Positions 32,575-42,976 of a stretch of 64,000 nucleotides of DNA are shown here, piece by piece; positions within the stretch are counted from its first letter, which is position 1, and the number at the start of each line of letters is the position of its first letter. The DNA comes from an uncultured delta proteobacterium (GTDB taxonomy: Bacteria; Desulfobacterota; Desulfobacteria; Desulfobacterales; JAFDCJ01), in contig CAVYNY010000008.1 in assembly GCA_963769935.1 (NCBI GenBank), positions 144,154 to 208,153 of the forward strand, in the 5' to 3' direction. The notes below the pieces were generated by a model. The model saw only the letters and a program-made list of their open reading frames with translations. It was not told the origin of the DNA and did not search any database. Position numbers and translations under genes: made by a program.

Positions 32575-33539
32575 TTGAACACCTGCTTTATAAATTTTCG
32601 AAGAAGGTAACGTGGGTAAATTAAAAATTGATAACTGCAATAAACCTTGCAGAAAAATAACAGGTCACTAAAAGGAATACGTTGGTGAAGATTCAGATGT
32701 TTTCTCTTCACCACACCTGCAATTCTATCATTAAGCTTTGATTTATTTCCTACCCCGGAATATCCGCAATAGATGTTCAAATAACAACAATTCCCAAGTC
32801 TTAATAACTTTAGAATTTGTTCCAATATCTCTTGCTGTTGCTCTATACGTTTGATGGTCGCCACCTTTACTCCACAAAAAAAGGGTTGTGGTGGCCGGAA
32901 ACCATATGTATCCTGTGTTTCAAGTACCAGATCTGAGCATTCCATTGCATTCTTCATTACCTTGTCAAGAACGCTATGGGTTTTTGGTTTACCCCTGATT
33001 GGGAACATTAGCATGTAGTATATCCATTGCCAAAAAATCCAGTAACTGTGACTCGGAACCACAAAAACGAACTGTCCTTCGGGCCTCAGGCATTCCTTGA
33101 TTTGCCGTGCCAAAACGACAGGGTCTGCAACATGCTCAAACACACAATTGTTTATGACAAGATCATAATTTCTTTTTCGATACCAGTGTTCACTGCTATC
33201 GAGAAATACATTACTTAAGCCTTTGGAACTCAGTCGTTCCCTTATTATCTCAACCGTGGATTCAGAAAGTTCGACACCCACAAATTGCTTTGTATTATGC
33301 CTGCTGGCAAAATGCTCCAAGTCATGGCCTAAACCCATGCCAACGTCGCAGATTAAGGCACCCTCGGGGTACCCTTCTATAACTTCATCAACGATGTTAT
33401 GATACACGCTCCGAAAATAATTGAATAAACTGCTGTAGGCCAATGCCTGGGCTTTTGAGCAGCCTATGCGAGTAAGACCTGTTTCATAATGCTGACGATT
33501 TTTGATATAGAAATCTACCATATCATCGTCCGACTGCAT
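32571..33539 (-). CDS. class I SAM-dependent methyltransferase
   Basis: DVGMGLG, VFEHVADP, LRPEG. Confidence 0.85.
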   Translation of the reverse strand: MQSDDDMVDFYIKNRQHYETGLTRIGCSKAQALAYSSLFNYFRSVYHNIVDEVIEGYPEGALICDVGMGLGHDLEHFASRHNTKQFVGVELSESTVEIIRERLSSKGLSNVFLDSSEHWYRKRNYDLVINNCVFEHVADPVVLARQIKECLRPEGQFVFVVPSHSYWIFWQWIYYMLMFPIRGKPKTHSVLDKVMKNAMECSDLVLETQDTYGFRPPQPFFCGVKVATIKRIEQQQEILEQILKLLRLGNCCYLNIYCGYSGVGNKSKLNDRIAGVVKRKHLNLHQRIPFSDLLFFCKVYCSYQFLIYPRYLLRKFIKQVFK

Positions 33540-34806
33540 AAGTTCTCTTCCCTCTTTCATCTAAGCAAAAAATTCCTTTCCTGGACAAAACATATCTGTA
33601 AAAAGAATAAATCATCAGAAAGTAGGTTATATTTGATACCACATATGTATATGCTGCTCCATCCGCTCCGAGCCTAGGAATCAAAACAAGGCATGAAATA
33701 ACACTGGTTATGCTCATGATTAAAGAAGAGTATAGGACGAATTTGCCAAAGGAGTTGGCATTCATAAATGCGTCTGGAAGTTGATAAAGCCCATTAAAAA
33801 AGCCGCCTATTATCATTATCTTTACTAGCTTAGCGGCCTGCTGATACTCCTTCCCAAATAGGGCGACCACAATATAATCGATGAACAGCAAGACGCACAA
33901 TGACTCCAATAACAAAATGGATAAATTAGCCAAGGATATTTTAATACTAATGCGGTTCTGTCCTGCAAACCCTCTGAAAAACCGCAACGCAATATTTTGG
34001 CTGATTAGGACAACAGGCGCTATAATCATTGAAGCCACTTTATAATAGGACAGCTCAGACACAACAACAAACAATGGAATCAGCATGCTCGCTAACTGCT
34101 GTGAGGCATTAGCGGTGATGTATGAGCTGTATATCCGTAGACCGTATTCCAGGTTCCTTCTGAGGATTAGCCGGAAACTCTTCCGCAAGTGTGTAAACCT
34201 CGGCTCCAAGCTATAGCCCAATATAAGGATGGCCCCAAAAACCGACAATAGCTGAGCACCAGAAAGCGCAGTAACCGAAAGCTCTGAAAAATAGTAAATG
34301 GTTCCGGTTAATATGACAAATAGAGTTGGAATGATAACACGAACTTTCGTGAGCAATGGAACATTGCTCAATCCCCTTCCGACCTGGACCATCAACTCAC
34401 GACTAGGGAACAGAATCAATAAGGGCCATATGCACTTAATAATTTTCCCTACGCCTTGCCCAAACCAACTGTTAAAGTAATCCGAAAGGCTAAGAAAAAT
34501 CGCGGAAAAAATTGCACCTAGGACAAGGGCAATGATAAAGATAGCGCCAAGCAATTCCTTTTGGACCTCAAACGAATCCTCTTCCGCGAGCAAAACCCCA
34601 ATCGTTGAAAAGAATCCGAATCCCGAAAAGATACTAACGAATCCTATGACTGTGAAGATAAGGGTGTATAATCCATATTGGGAGGGACCGAGGAGTCTCG
34701 CAATGAAGGTGTTGGTTCCAAAGCCCACAACCATCACGTACCCCTGAGCCGCCAATAGAGCGCCCACATCCCAAAAAGCTTTATGTCTAAAGAACTTTTT
34801 TATCAC
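33523..34806 (-). CDS. wzx: Wzx-type oligosaccharide flippase
   Basis: 427 aa multi-TM; ARLLGPSQYG, LFGKEY, LIPRLGADGAA. Confidence 0.85.
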   Translation of the reverse strand: MIKKFFRHKAFWDVGALLAAQGYVMVVGFGTNTFIARLLGPSQYGLYTLIFTVIGFVSIFSGFGFFSTIGVLLAEEDSFEVQKELLGAIFIIALVLGAIFSAIFLSLSDYFNSWFGQGVGKIIKCIWPLLILFPSRELMVQVGRGLSNVPLLTKVRVIIPTLFVILTGTIYYFSELSVTALSGAQLLSVFGAILILGYSLEPRFTHLRKSFRLILRRNLEYGLRIYSSYITANASQQLASMLIPLFVVVSELSYYKVASMIIAPVVLISQNIALRFFRGFAGQNRISIKISLANLSILLLESLCVLLFIDYIVVALFGKEYQQAAKLVKIMIIGGFFNGLYQLPDAFMNANSFGKFVLYSSLIMSITSVISCLVLIPRLGADGAAYTYVVSNITYFLMIYSFYRYVLSRKGIFCLDERGKRTYAVGR

Positions 34807-35423
34807 GCCTCAGAGATACGAGCTATCGCGAAGAGGAGCGCTGCTCACGCCCGCAGAAAAAAACCATAATTGTTTCTTCCTGGGCATTCCAAACATAGTC
34901 AACTCTGAATTCTTGAACAAAACGCGTGTCATTTGCATCTTTTCATGCATAGCTCGCAGCAGCCGTTTCTTTATGAATGTGCTCAACACTTCTACCGTCA
35001 CTATCAATGACAATGCCGGCTCCACTTCTTCGGATAGCATTTTCCATCGGAGGATTTTCCCCACAAGTTCCGGGGCCAGAAGCCCAGGCTTTACGCCCGA
35101 TTCATAGCTTCGCCACCGCAATTTCAAAAGCATCTTTCAGGCAGAGCCTACTGAAGCTGATCAGGCCCAGAGGGCCAGGCTTTCCAAAGTGCACTAAAAG
35201 CACTCCCCTACGGTTGGGTGATATTAAACATCCAAAGAGAGCAAAGCACCAATCCGATTCCGAGCCAATTTAACAGCGTGAGTGCCGCGCCAGCAGACCC
35301 TTTAGGGTAACTCCCAAAACTCGATCAACCCAATTTTTTTCTGCCTTACAGCCCCTCGCTTGACCTTTTTACCTACCTTATATGATAATACCCGCAAAAT
35401 TAGAGTTTTTTTCCAGGTAATTC

Positions 35424-35522
35424 GAGACCTTTGAATTTCTCACTTTTTCCATATTTGGACATAACAATAACAGTAGGTTACAAGCCTCAATAGTTCAAAA
35501 TTGGCAGTTATTCAAAGGTCTC
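35424..35522. mobile_element. 99-bp MITE with IS5-family terminal inverted repeats
   Basis: GAGACCTTTGAA...TTCAAAGGTCTC, flanked by AATTC direct repeats (35419-35423, 35523-35527). Confidence 0.85.
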
Positions 35523-35589
35523 AATTCATTTATTTATTGACTTACTGACCCATATATGTTAACCATCTCTAAACCCAAAGGACAGCGCC

Positions 35590-35928
35590 ATGGAATTCAA
35601 AGAGTGGGCCAAGCTTCAAGAATCACTATTAAAAGCGCAATTAAGAATTATCCGCCAATTCCTCAAAGACGGGGAGCAACCTAAATTCAAACCCCGCGGA
35701 AAAGGTAGGTCGCAGATGAGTATCATCTATGACCTACTGCTTGCCGCCCCAAAACCCCTGCATGTCACCGAGATCATCCAAAAGGCCAAAATAGATTTTA
35801 ATGTCGATTTGGATCGCGACAGCATCGTTTCAGCCCTTTCTAAAAAAGTCAAAAGCGGACGGATGTTTAAAAGGGTTAAGGCCAATACCTTCACCATTGC
35901 CGACCACGAGAAAGAACTTAGCCCCTGA
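35590..35928 (+). CDS. small winged-HTH protein
   Basis: 112 aa; PLHVTEII...DRDSIVSALSK....F.RV..NTF wHTH-like pattern. Confidence 0.65.
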   Translation: MEFKEWAKLQESLLKAQLRIIRQFLKDGEQPKFKPRGKGRSQMSIIYDLLLAAPKPLHVTEIIQKAKIDFNVDLDRDSIVSALSKKVKSGRMFKRVKANTFTIADHEKELSP

Positions 35929-35974
35929 ACCCCTCCGGGGCGTAGGCCCGATTGCCCCTACGGGCCGGAGGCTT

Positions 35975-36387
35975 CAAACCAGGAGCGGTGGCTTGAGGAA
36001 AAATCTGACTTTCTTCAGCTTGGGCAGGATCCTTAAAAAACTCAATCGCATTCATATTCAGATCAACTCCGATCACAGCACACCCTTTCTCTCCGAGCCG
36101 TAGGCTCTACGAGCCGGAGGCCAAAGCCTCGCTTCTTCTGGCTATCCGAATATGCCTACCAGCGCCGGTATATCAAAATCAATCCCGACGGGCGTATTGT
36201 CGGCGGACTGGCCAGATTCATATCTTCCCTGATCGATTTCTCTTTTATCAGATCCATCGTGGCCCACCGGTACTGCACCATCGGCTTGGCCTATGACCCC
36301 GTCAGCCTCTTCTTGCTGGAGCTTTTCCGATACATCGAAAAGTATCCCGACATGAAAGCGTTTGTCGATATCCTGCGCGACCTATGA
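35975..36387 (+). pseudogene. 5' relic of a probable DDE transposase, interrupted by small repeats and truncated
   Basis: Frame ...SSLIDFSFIRSIVAHRY..GLAYDPVSLFLLELF resembles DUF772/InsH-type N-termini; ends at TGA 36385-36387. Confidence 0.5.
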
Positions 36388-36671
36388 TACCTCCTTTCAT
36401 TCTCAATCTTATCCAACGTGAATAGCCCTGATCCCAGACTGCCTGCATGAATTTTTTCTTCGGTGATGAAGAATCGGGGCTCTTTTGGGAACAGCGATTT
36501 AATTCCATACCAAAATCATCGGTCTAAAAGCATGCCATGTCCAGCGGTCAAAATTGGCCACATCCAATCTGATTCCTTTTAATTCCCCCCATTAGAAAAA
36601 TACATTTAATTCCGGTCCGTTTTGCATCACCATGATCGGGTCAATTCATCGAATCGGTTATGGTGGCGAAC

Positions 36672-37118
36672 ATGGAGCAGATTCCTTGTATTTATTGCGG
36701 CGATTTTTTCGACCCCAGTCCCAGGCACAAAAATCAGAGTGCTTGTAAGAAAGAAGTTTGTCAGAAAGCCAGAAAGGCCGCCTGGCAGCGCTATAAGCTC
36801 AAGCATGATGCTGTTTACCGCGCCAATCAGAAAAGCAGCCAGCGACAATGGCTTGCCGGCAAGCCGGGATACTGGAAAGCCTATCGCAAGAAAAACCCCG
36901 AAAAGGCTGAGCGGAATCGAATCCTTCAGCGGCAACGCAACCGCAAAGCGCGCTGTCTGCCGGCAGTTGTAAAGATGGATCCGTCGTTGATTGCAAAGAT
37001 GGATCCGTCAAAATCTGATAATTTCCAGATACTTGGTCAATTTTGGCTGGTTCCGGTGATTGCAAAGATGGACGCGTTAAAAGTTAATATTGTCAAAATT
37101 CCAATAGTTTACCCGTGA
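36672..37118 (+). CDS. basic protein with four-Cys zinc-finger-like N-terminus
   Basis: CIYC...C....C then Lys/Arg-rich helix; repeated KMD motif in C-terminus. Confidence 0.7.
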   Translation: MEQIPCIYCGDFFDPSPRHKNQSACKKEVCQKARKAAWQRYKLKHDAVYRANQKSSQRQWLAGKPGYWKAYRKKNPEKAERNRILQRQRNRKARCLPAVVKMDPSLIAKMDPSKSDNFQILGQFWLVPVIAKMDALKVNIVKIPIVYP

Positions 37119-37129
37119 TTGCAAAGATG
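36966..37129 (+). repeat. four iteron-like direct repeats TTGYAAAGATG
   Basis: Copies start at 36967, 36991, 37060 and 37119. Confidence 0.8.
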
Positions 37130-37196
37130 CCTTCGTTAGGCCCAGGGGATGGGCCATGATATTTTGGCCGCAAATTGCTTAAAGGGAGAAACGGCC

Positions 37197-37574
37197 ATGA
37201 TAAGAAAAAAGATTTTAAACCCCGAGCGCATTCGAAGCATCAAGGGCGGCGGCTTCAGTTTTATTCCCCACCGATTTGTCACCGACGGTTTCCTGCAACA
37301 GCTCAGCGGCGCCGAGCTGTTGTTGTATCTGTTTTTGGTAGCTGTATCGGATCGATATGGCCTTTCGTTTTACAGCGACGAGTCGATTTGCACGCTGCTT
37401 CACATGTCATCGGAAAATTACCAGAGCGCCATAAAGGGGCTGATCCACAAAGATCTCATCGCCTTTGACGGAACCCTTTTTCAAGTGCTGGAGCTGCCGT
37501 CGGCCCCAGGCGGGCAAGCTGCCTGTCCGGCAGCGCTGGACGAGCTTTGCCGCAACCTATTTAAGGAGGTGTGA
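37197..37574 (+). CDS. HTH protein resembling phage/plasmid replication-initiator N-terminal domains
   Basis: FSFIPHRF...L..LS..ELLLYLFL...SDRYG.SFYS...IC..L.MS......AI..LI...LI; GGAG RBS. Confidence 0.65.
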   Translation: MIRKKILNPERIRSIKGGGFSFIPHRFVTDGFLQQLSGAELLLYLFLVAVSDRYGLSFYSDESICTLLHMSSENYQSAIKGLIHKDLIAFDGTLFQVLELPSAPGGQAACPAALDELCRNLFKEV

Positions 37575-37575
37575 C

Positions 37576-38807
37576 ATGATTGACCGACAAACGGTTTTTG
37601 AAATCCACCGGCTTCATCATCTGAGTTTTACGGAGAGAAAAATTGCCCGAACCCTCAGAATCAGCAGACCGACCGTCAGACGCTATCTTGAAAATCCGCA
37701 ACCGCAAAAGCCGAAAATATCGCGTAGCTCAAAACTTGATTCCTATCAGGAGCGTATCCGGCAGCTGCTTGAAAAAGATCCCGAAGTCAAAGCCCCGGTG
37801 CTGCTGCAGCGGCTCCAACAGGAGGGCTTTGATGGAAAAATTACCATCCTGCGCGATTGTCTGAGGCGCCTGCGGGGACAACAAAGACAGCCGACGCCCT
37901 TTATCCGGTTTGAGTCCAGGCCCGGGCAGCAAATGCAAATCGACTGGGGGCATTTTGGCGTGCTTGCATATGGAGAGAGCATGCGAAAGCTCTATGCCCT
38001 GGCGGTGATTGAAGGCTACAGCCGGGCGGCATACGTCGAATTTACCCACAGCCAAAATCAGGCCTGCCTGCATCAGGCGCTTTTAAATGCGTTTGCTTAC
38101 TTTGGGGGATCCCCCGAAGAAGTTGTGGTCGATAACATGCTCAGCGCCGTGACCGAACGCCATGGGCCGCTGATCCGCTTCAATGACGCGTTTCTTGATT
38201 TTTTACGGATCTTTCACATAACCCCCATCGCCTGTAACGTGGCCTCTCCCCACGAAAAAGGAAAGATCGAAAATTTCATCAAATATCTACGCCAAAACTT
38301 CTGGCCTCTTCGAACTTTTAGCGATCTTTGCGATGTCAACGGCCAAGTCCGACATTGGCTCGATACGCTGGCAAATATCCGCATCCATCAAACCACCGGC
38401 AAGCGTCCACTGCAGCGCTTGGCCGAGGCCGTTTTAAGGCCGCTTCCCGATTTACTTCCCGACTGTCGGCAAACCGAACAGCTCAAAGTCTATAAAGATT
38501 TTGCCGTTCGCTTCGATGCAAACGTCTATACCACTCCGCCATGGGCTATTGGAAAAAAGGTCACCCTCAAGGCCAACCAAAGCCAGGTCACCATTTATTA
38601 CCAGGAAAAGAAAATCGCCGTACATAACCGCTGCTGGCAGCGCGGCATGCGCATCGAAACTCCTTCGCACAAGGAACAGGTCAAAAAGCTAAAACGCAAA
38701 CTCTGGCGGGATAAGGATATCGCCGCTTTCTCATCCCTGGGAGCCGAAGCCGTGGCATATCTGGAGGCCTTGGCCCGAGCGCGGCAACCGATAAAAAGGA
38801 ACGTCTC
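37576..38807 (+). pseudogene. istA: IS21-family transposase IstA, 3'-truncated; istB absent
   Basis: RFESRPGQQMQIDWG, VDNM, PHEKGKIE, RIHQTTG, RFDANVYTTP; AGGAGG RBS. Confidence 0.92.
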
Positions 38808-40039
38808 GAGACCTTTGCATAACTCCAAGCCGAACCCCCTGAAGCTACGCGCCGTCCTTTGATTTATTTTGATAAAAATATCCCGAAAAGTTTCATATGT
38901 CGTTGTTTTAACTTGCCTTTTTCACTATTTTGTGCCATAAATCCAGTAAAATCAACCATCGGGAGGTATCAATGGCCTACAAAAAGTTGAAAAACAACCT
39001 CGGATTCGCTGATTTCGCTCTGGCAAGTTCTCTCAAACACAACCGCAGCCTTAAACTTATGGATAATCTCAACAGTTCCCTGGACTGGCAAAAAATCCAG
39101 TCCGTATTAATGAGCCATTATACTGTCGGCACCAACGCTGAAGGCGCCGATGCCTACCCCCCTTTGTTGCTCTTTAAATGCCTGATGCTGCAAAAGTGGT
39201 TTCGAATCAACTCCGATCCGGAACTGGAAAACCAGATCAACGACCGGCTGTCTTTTAAAAGGTTCTTGCAACTGCCCCTTGATAAGCCCTCGCCGGATCA
39301 CTCCACTTTCTCACGCTTCAGAAGCCGATTGTCTAAAGAGGCCATGGACCAGCTCAACTCCGAGATCCTGCGCCAGTTTGAAGCCCAAGGCCTGGCAATT
39401 AATGAAGGCATTGCCGTCGATGCCCGCCTGGTGCAATCCGCCAGTCGGCCTCTCAGCAATGATGAACTCAAAAAACACCGAGATAAACGAAACTCCCCTG
39501 AAGGTAAACTGGATAAAAACGGCAATCCGCTCAAGTTCTGCCGGGATCTGCAATCAGACTGGACTGTCAAAAACGATATCCCCCATTTTGGGCTTAAGGA
39601 ACATGCTTCAATTGATACCAAGCACGGTTTTATCCTGGCCACCACCATGACACCGGCCTCCGTTCATGACACCAACTTGCTGCCTTATTGCACCGTTTAC
39701 AGCCGGCATACTAAACAACCCATCGAAAAAGTATATGCCGACAAAGGATACGCCGGTAAACCCAACCGCGACTTTCTGGCTCTCAACAACATCGCTGACG
39801 GTATCATGCGAAAAGACTCAACCACTGCTAAATTGACTGAATATGAGATAAATCGAAATAAGAACATCTCAAAGGTGCGCTACATCGTTGAGCAGTATTT
39901 CGGAATCAGCCATCTGCACGATGGCGCCAAAAGGGCTCGGTTTACAGATATCACTAAAAACAAATTTGATGCCTGGTATCGCCAGGCTGCCTATAATATC
40001 AGACGGGGACTGAAAATTCTCAAGGTTGCCACCGTCTAA
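38808..40039 (+). mobile_element. IS5-family insertion sequence (right end not clearly seen)
   Basis: Left end GAGACCTTTGCA at 38808 followed by an intact transposase ORF. Confidence 0.8.
38972..40039 (+). CDS. IS5-family DDE transposase
   Basis: SDPELENQINDRLSF, PDHSTFSRFR, VDA, ADKGY, RYIVEQYFG; GGAGG RBS. Confidence 0.93.
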   Translation: MAYKKLKNNLGFADFALASSLKHNRSLKLMDNLNSSLDWQKIQSVLMSHYTVGTNAEGADAYPPLLLFKCLMLQKWFRINSDPELENQINDRLSFKRFLQLPLDKPSPDHSTFSRFRSRLSKEAMDQLNSEILRQFEAQGLAINEGIAVDARLVQSASRPLSNDELKKHRDKRNSPEGKLDKNGNPLKFCRDLQSDWTVKNDIPHFGLKEHASIDTKHGFILATTMTPASVHDTNLLPYCTVYSRHTKQPIEKVYADKGYAGKPNRDFLALNNIADGIMRKDSTTAKLTEYEINRNKNISKVRYIVEQYFGISHLHDGAKRARFTDITKNKFDAWYRQAAYNIRRGLKILKVATV

Positions 40040-40357
40040 GGTGGACAGGTGCGCCCAGGGTACTAAAAACCTGGGAACACTTCGAAATAGGCCATAATTC
40101 AGGGCCAAAATGAGCCCCAATTCGCTCTCTTTTTGCTAAGCCTGGCGGCCGATCGAATAAAATTTTTACCCCTCCTCAAAAAAAATTAACGAAAATCCTA
40201 AAATCGGTAATCTGCCTAGTTTTTCAAACCTCTTACAACGCAACAAAAAAATATTTATCCCATAAAATCTTTTTTGACTCTTATTTAACTAAGGTCCAAA
40301 GTCCGATATATCGAAAGCCCCGTAGATAAACATCTAAGATAACCGGCCAGGCAGGAT

Positions 40358-41499
40358 TTATGGATTTGCAAGGGCAACGAGCAGTTCCACCACACGCTCG
40401 CTCGCATGCCCATCGCCGTATTGCCTGATTTTTTTCCCGCTCTGGCCGAGAGCGTGGCCTTTAAAATGTCGTCTACATCTGTGCCGGCCAATGTATTCCA
40501 TCCGGCTTCGACCGTTTCTACCCACTCGGTCTCTTCCCTTAGGGTAACGCAGGGGACTCCATGAAAATAGGCTTCCTTCTGAACGCCGCCTGAATCACTA
40601 AGGACAACCATCGCATTTTTCTCTAGCTTGAGCATATCCAGAAAAGAAACAGGATCGATGAGTCGCAAATTTCCAACTGCAAGTCCAGGATTTTTTCTCC
40701 TGAGTTCCGCGATTTTTCCCTTGGTTCTGGGATGTACCGGAAAGATGACAGGGTATTTCAACATTCCAAATGCAGTAAGGATATTCAGCAACCGATGTGG
40801 GTGGTCTGCGTTCTCAGCCCTGTGAACAGTTGCAAGTAGGTAATCTTTGGCTGAGACCCCAACCTCTTGAAGAATCGTTGACGCACGTTCAGCAATGTCA
40901 CCAAAAACAACGGCAGCATCGAACATGACATCGCCGATATGAACAACCGTCGGCGCCATGTTGTCACCAATATCTTTTTGATTATTTATAATGCCCTCAT
41001 TTTTTAGGTTCTCAACAGCTGTATGAGTTGGGCAAAAAAGCAGCGTGGAAACATGGTCGGTTAGGATTCGGTTGATTTCTTCCGGCATTCTCTTGTTGAA
41101 AGACCGCAGTCCTGCTTCCACATGGGCAACCGGCACATGAAGCTTTACTGCTGCTAAGGCTCCCGCAAGAGTAGAGTTGGTGTCACCATAAACCAGCACC
41201 CAGTCGGGCTCGCTGGCAATCATTTGTTTTTCAAGATCGATCAGCATCCGGCCGGTCATTTCACCGTGACCAACGTTGTTTATATCTAGATTAACCGTAG
41301 GTTCCGGAATGCACATATCCCGAAAGAAAATGCGGCTCATAGAGTCATCATAATGCTGGCCCGTATGAATAATCTCTTCTGTAATCTGAGAACCTTTACC
41401 GCTCTTGTTGTGTTGGACAATGGCTCGACTGACCATGGCGGCCTTAATGAACTGGGGCCTTGCGCCAATGACGGTGAGAACTTTGAGGTTTTTTTTCAA
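40358..41499 (-). CDS. wecB: non-hydrolysing UDP-GlcNAc 2-epimerase (frameshift near 3' end)
   Basis: GARPQFIK, HTGQHYD, GDTNST, HVEAGLRS, DSGGVQKEA, ETEW; YGDGHAS in shifted frame. Confidence 0.92.
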
Positions 41500-41598
41500 A
41501 TTTCGATTATCAGAGAATGAAGAAATTTTCTTCTTTGCTGCAGATCTCATTTATCAGATGATTGATCGCCGCAGATATTTGAACTTTGGAATCAACGC

Positions 41599-41790
41599 TA
41601 TCCATTTATTTCTTTATCCAAGCTCTCTAATCTCTGCTGCAGAGCATTCGCAAAGCCAATATTCTGCTGAATATATTCGAGTACATTAGCAGGGCAAATT
41701 TATCGGACTCTGCACGAGGTATCTTCAGGCGGAGTTCTGTGAGTTCCTTTGTATTTTTGTTTACCTCATCGATCTGCTGTATTGTTGACG
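41599..41790 (-). pseudogene. fragment of a second, divergent wzz
   Basis: Manual translation QQIDEVNKNTKELTELR...ESDKFALLMYSNI/QQNIGFANAL matches the middle of the adjacent Wzz. Confidence 0.8.
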
Positions 41791-42976
41791 TTATTGTAGC
41801 TTATCGGTACCAAGATGATTGACCTTGCCATCTCTGTCGAAAATCTGTTTTCTGGATTTGGAAATGAACTCTGTCAAAAAGGCTGCAAACAATCCAAAGA
41901 ATCCACCTAAAACCACACTCAATGCGAGTATTTTAAATTTTGCCGGCTTGACCGGCTTTGGCGTGCTAAAGGGAGCTTGAATGACCTCTATGGGAGACAG
42001 AGCAGCAGCCTTTGTCTTCAAAGTTGAAAGCCTTCTGCACCAGACTTTCCTCTTTCAGTGGTAGTTCTTGATCGCGCTTCAAGTATGAGATCATTGATTT
42101 TCATTCTCTATGTTATTGAGCAGTTCGGATCTTTTGGCTGCCTCCACTGCAAAATTAGTTTAATTGTCTGTTCAAGCCGGAATATCTGCTGTACAAGATT
42201 GGTCACATATTGGATATTTTGCTGAATAATGTTTGAATACATTAAAAGAGCGAACTTGTCTGAATCGCCTTCCGTAATGCCTTCTCGCAGCTTCATCAGT
42301 TGCCGCGTATTTGTATTGATTGCTTCGATCTGCATTTCTCATCCGTTCAATCAGAGCCGTCGTTTCCTCCGTATTCCTTGTTGATTGAATTGAGTTCTGT
42401 CTTGGATCACCAAAGCTTTATTTTTCTGTAAAGCAATATCGTCATCGATCCGGGCTTTCTCCACATGAACAAGCTTCAAATCCCGTTCAACGCCTGTCAT
42501 CTGCTTCATGCAAGATTGTTACGGCTGGCAGCAATATGTCTTGATCCAAGCTTCTGAGCCGCTTTCTCTGAGAAAATCGATAAGGGATTTAAGAATTTTT
42601 TTCCCTTCTTCAGGATTCTGGCGAATCGAAATGTAAAGAAACCATCGTCGATCCTCGACCCGCTGAAGCGTTTATCTTGGGAAGCACAGCTTTTTTGTCG
42701 GTCAACGGTCAATTGAGCTCCCAGGTAACTTTCATTTTGAAACCAAGTCTGAATATCGGCGACTGAAACTGCACTCACTGGATTGCCATTTTGGTCGTAG
42801 CCTGTAATACCCGGAGCAACTTGAGCGATAATTCGATATTTTGGCGTTGCTATATAGCAATAAATCAATGCCAACCCCACGACCAAAGCGGTAACCCACA
42901 GCATGATCCACTTGCGTCGCCAGAGAACGTTAAGAATGTCAGCAAGATTGATTTCGTCTTCATGAATATGTACCAT
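41791..42976 (-). CDS. wzz: Wzz-type chain-length determinant (several frameshifts)
   Basis: EDEINLAD...LWRRKW plus TM; coiled middle; P.KP plus TM with G..G at the C-terminus. Confidence 0.85.

Larger units (their letters stand above)
36385..38807 (+). mobile_element. truncated IS21-family element carrying two accessory genes (left end inferred)
   Basis: Starts TG where the previous relic stops; three co-oriented genes ending in istA, cut by the IS5 end at 38808. Confidence 0.6.

Noticed and set aside
40218..40234. Right terminal repeat of the IS5
   Set aside because: AGTTTTTCAAACCTCTT only loosely resembles the expected TGCAAAGGTCTC end and there is no target duplication.
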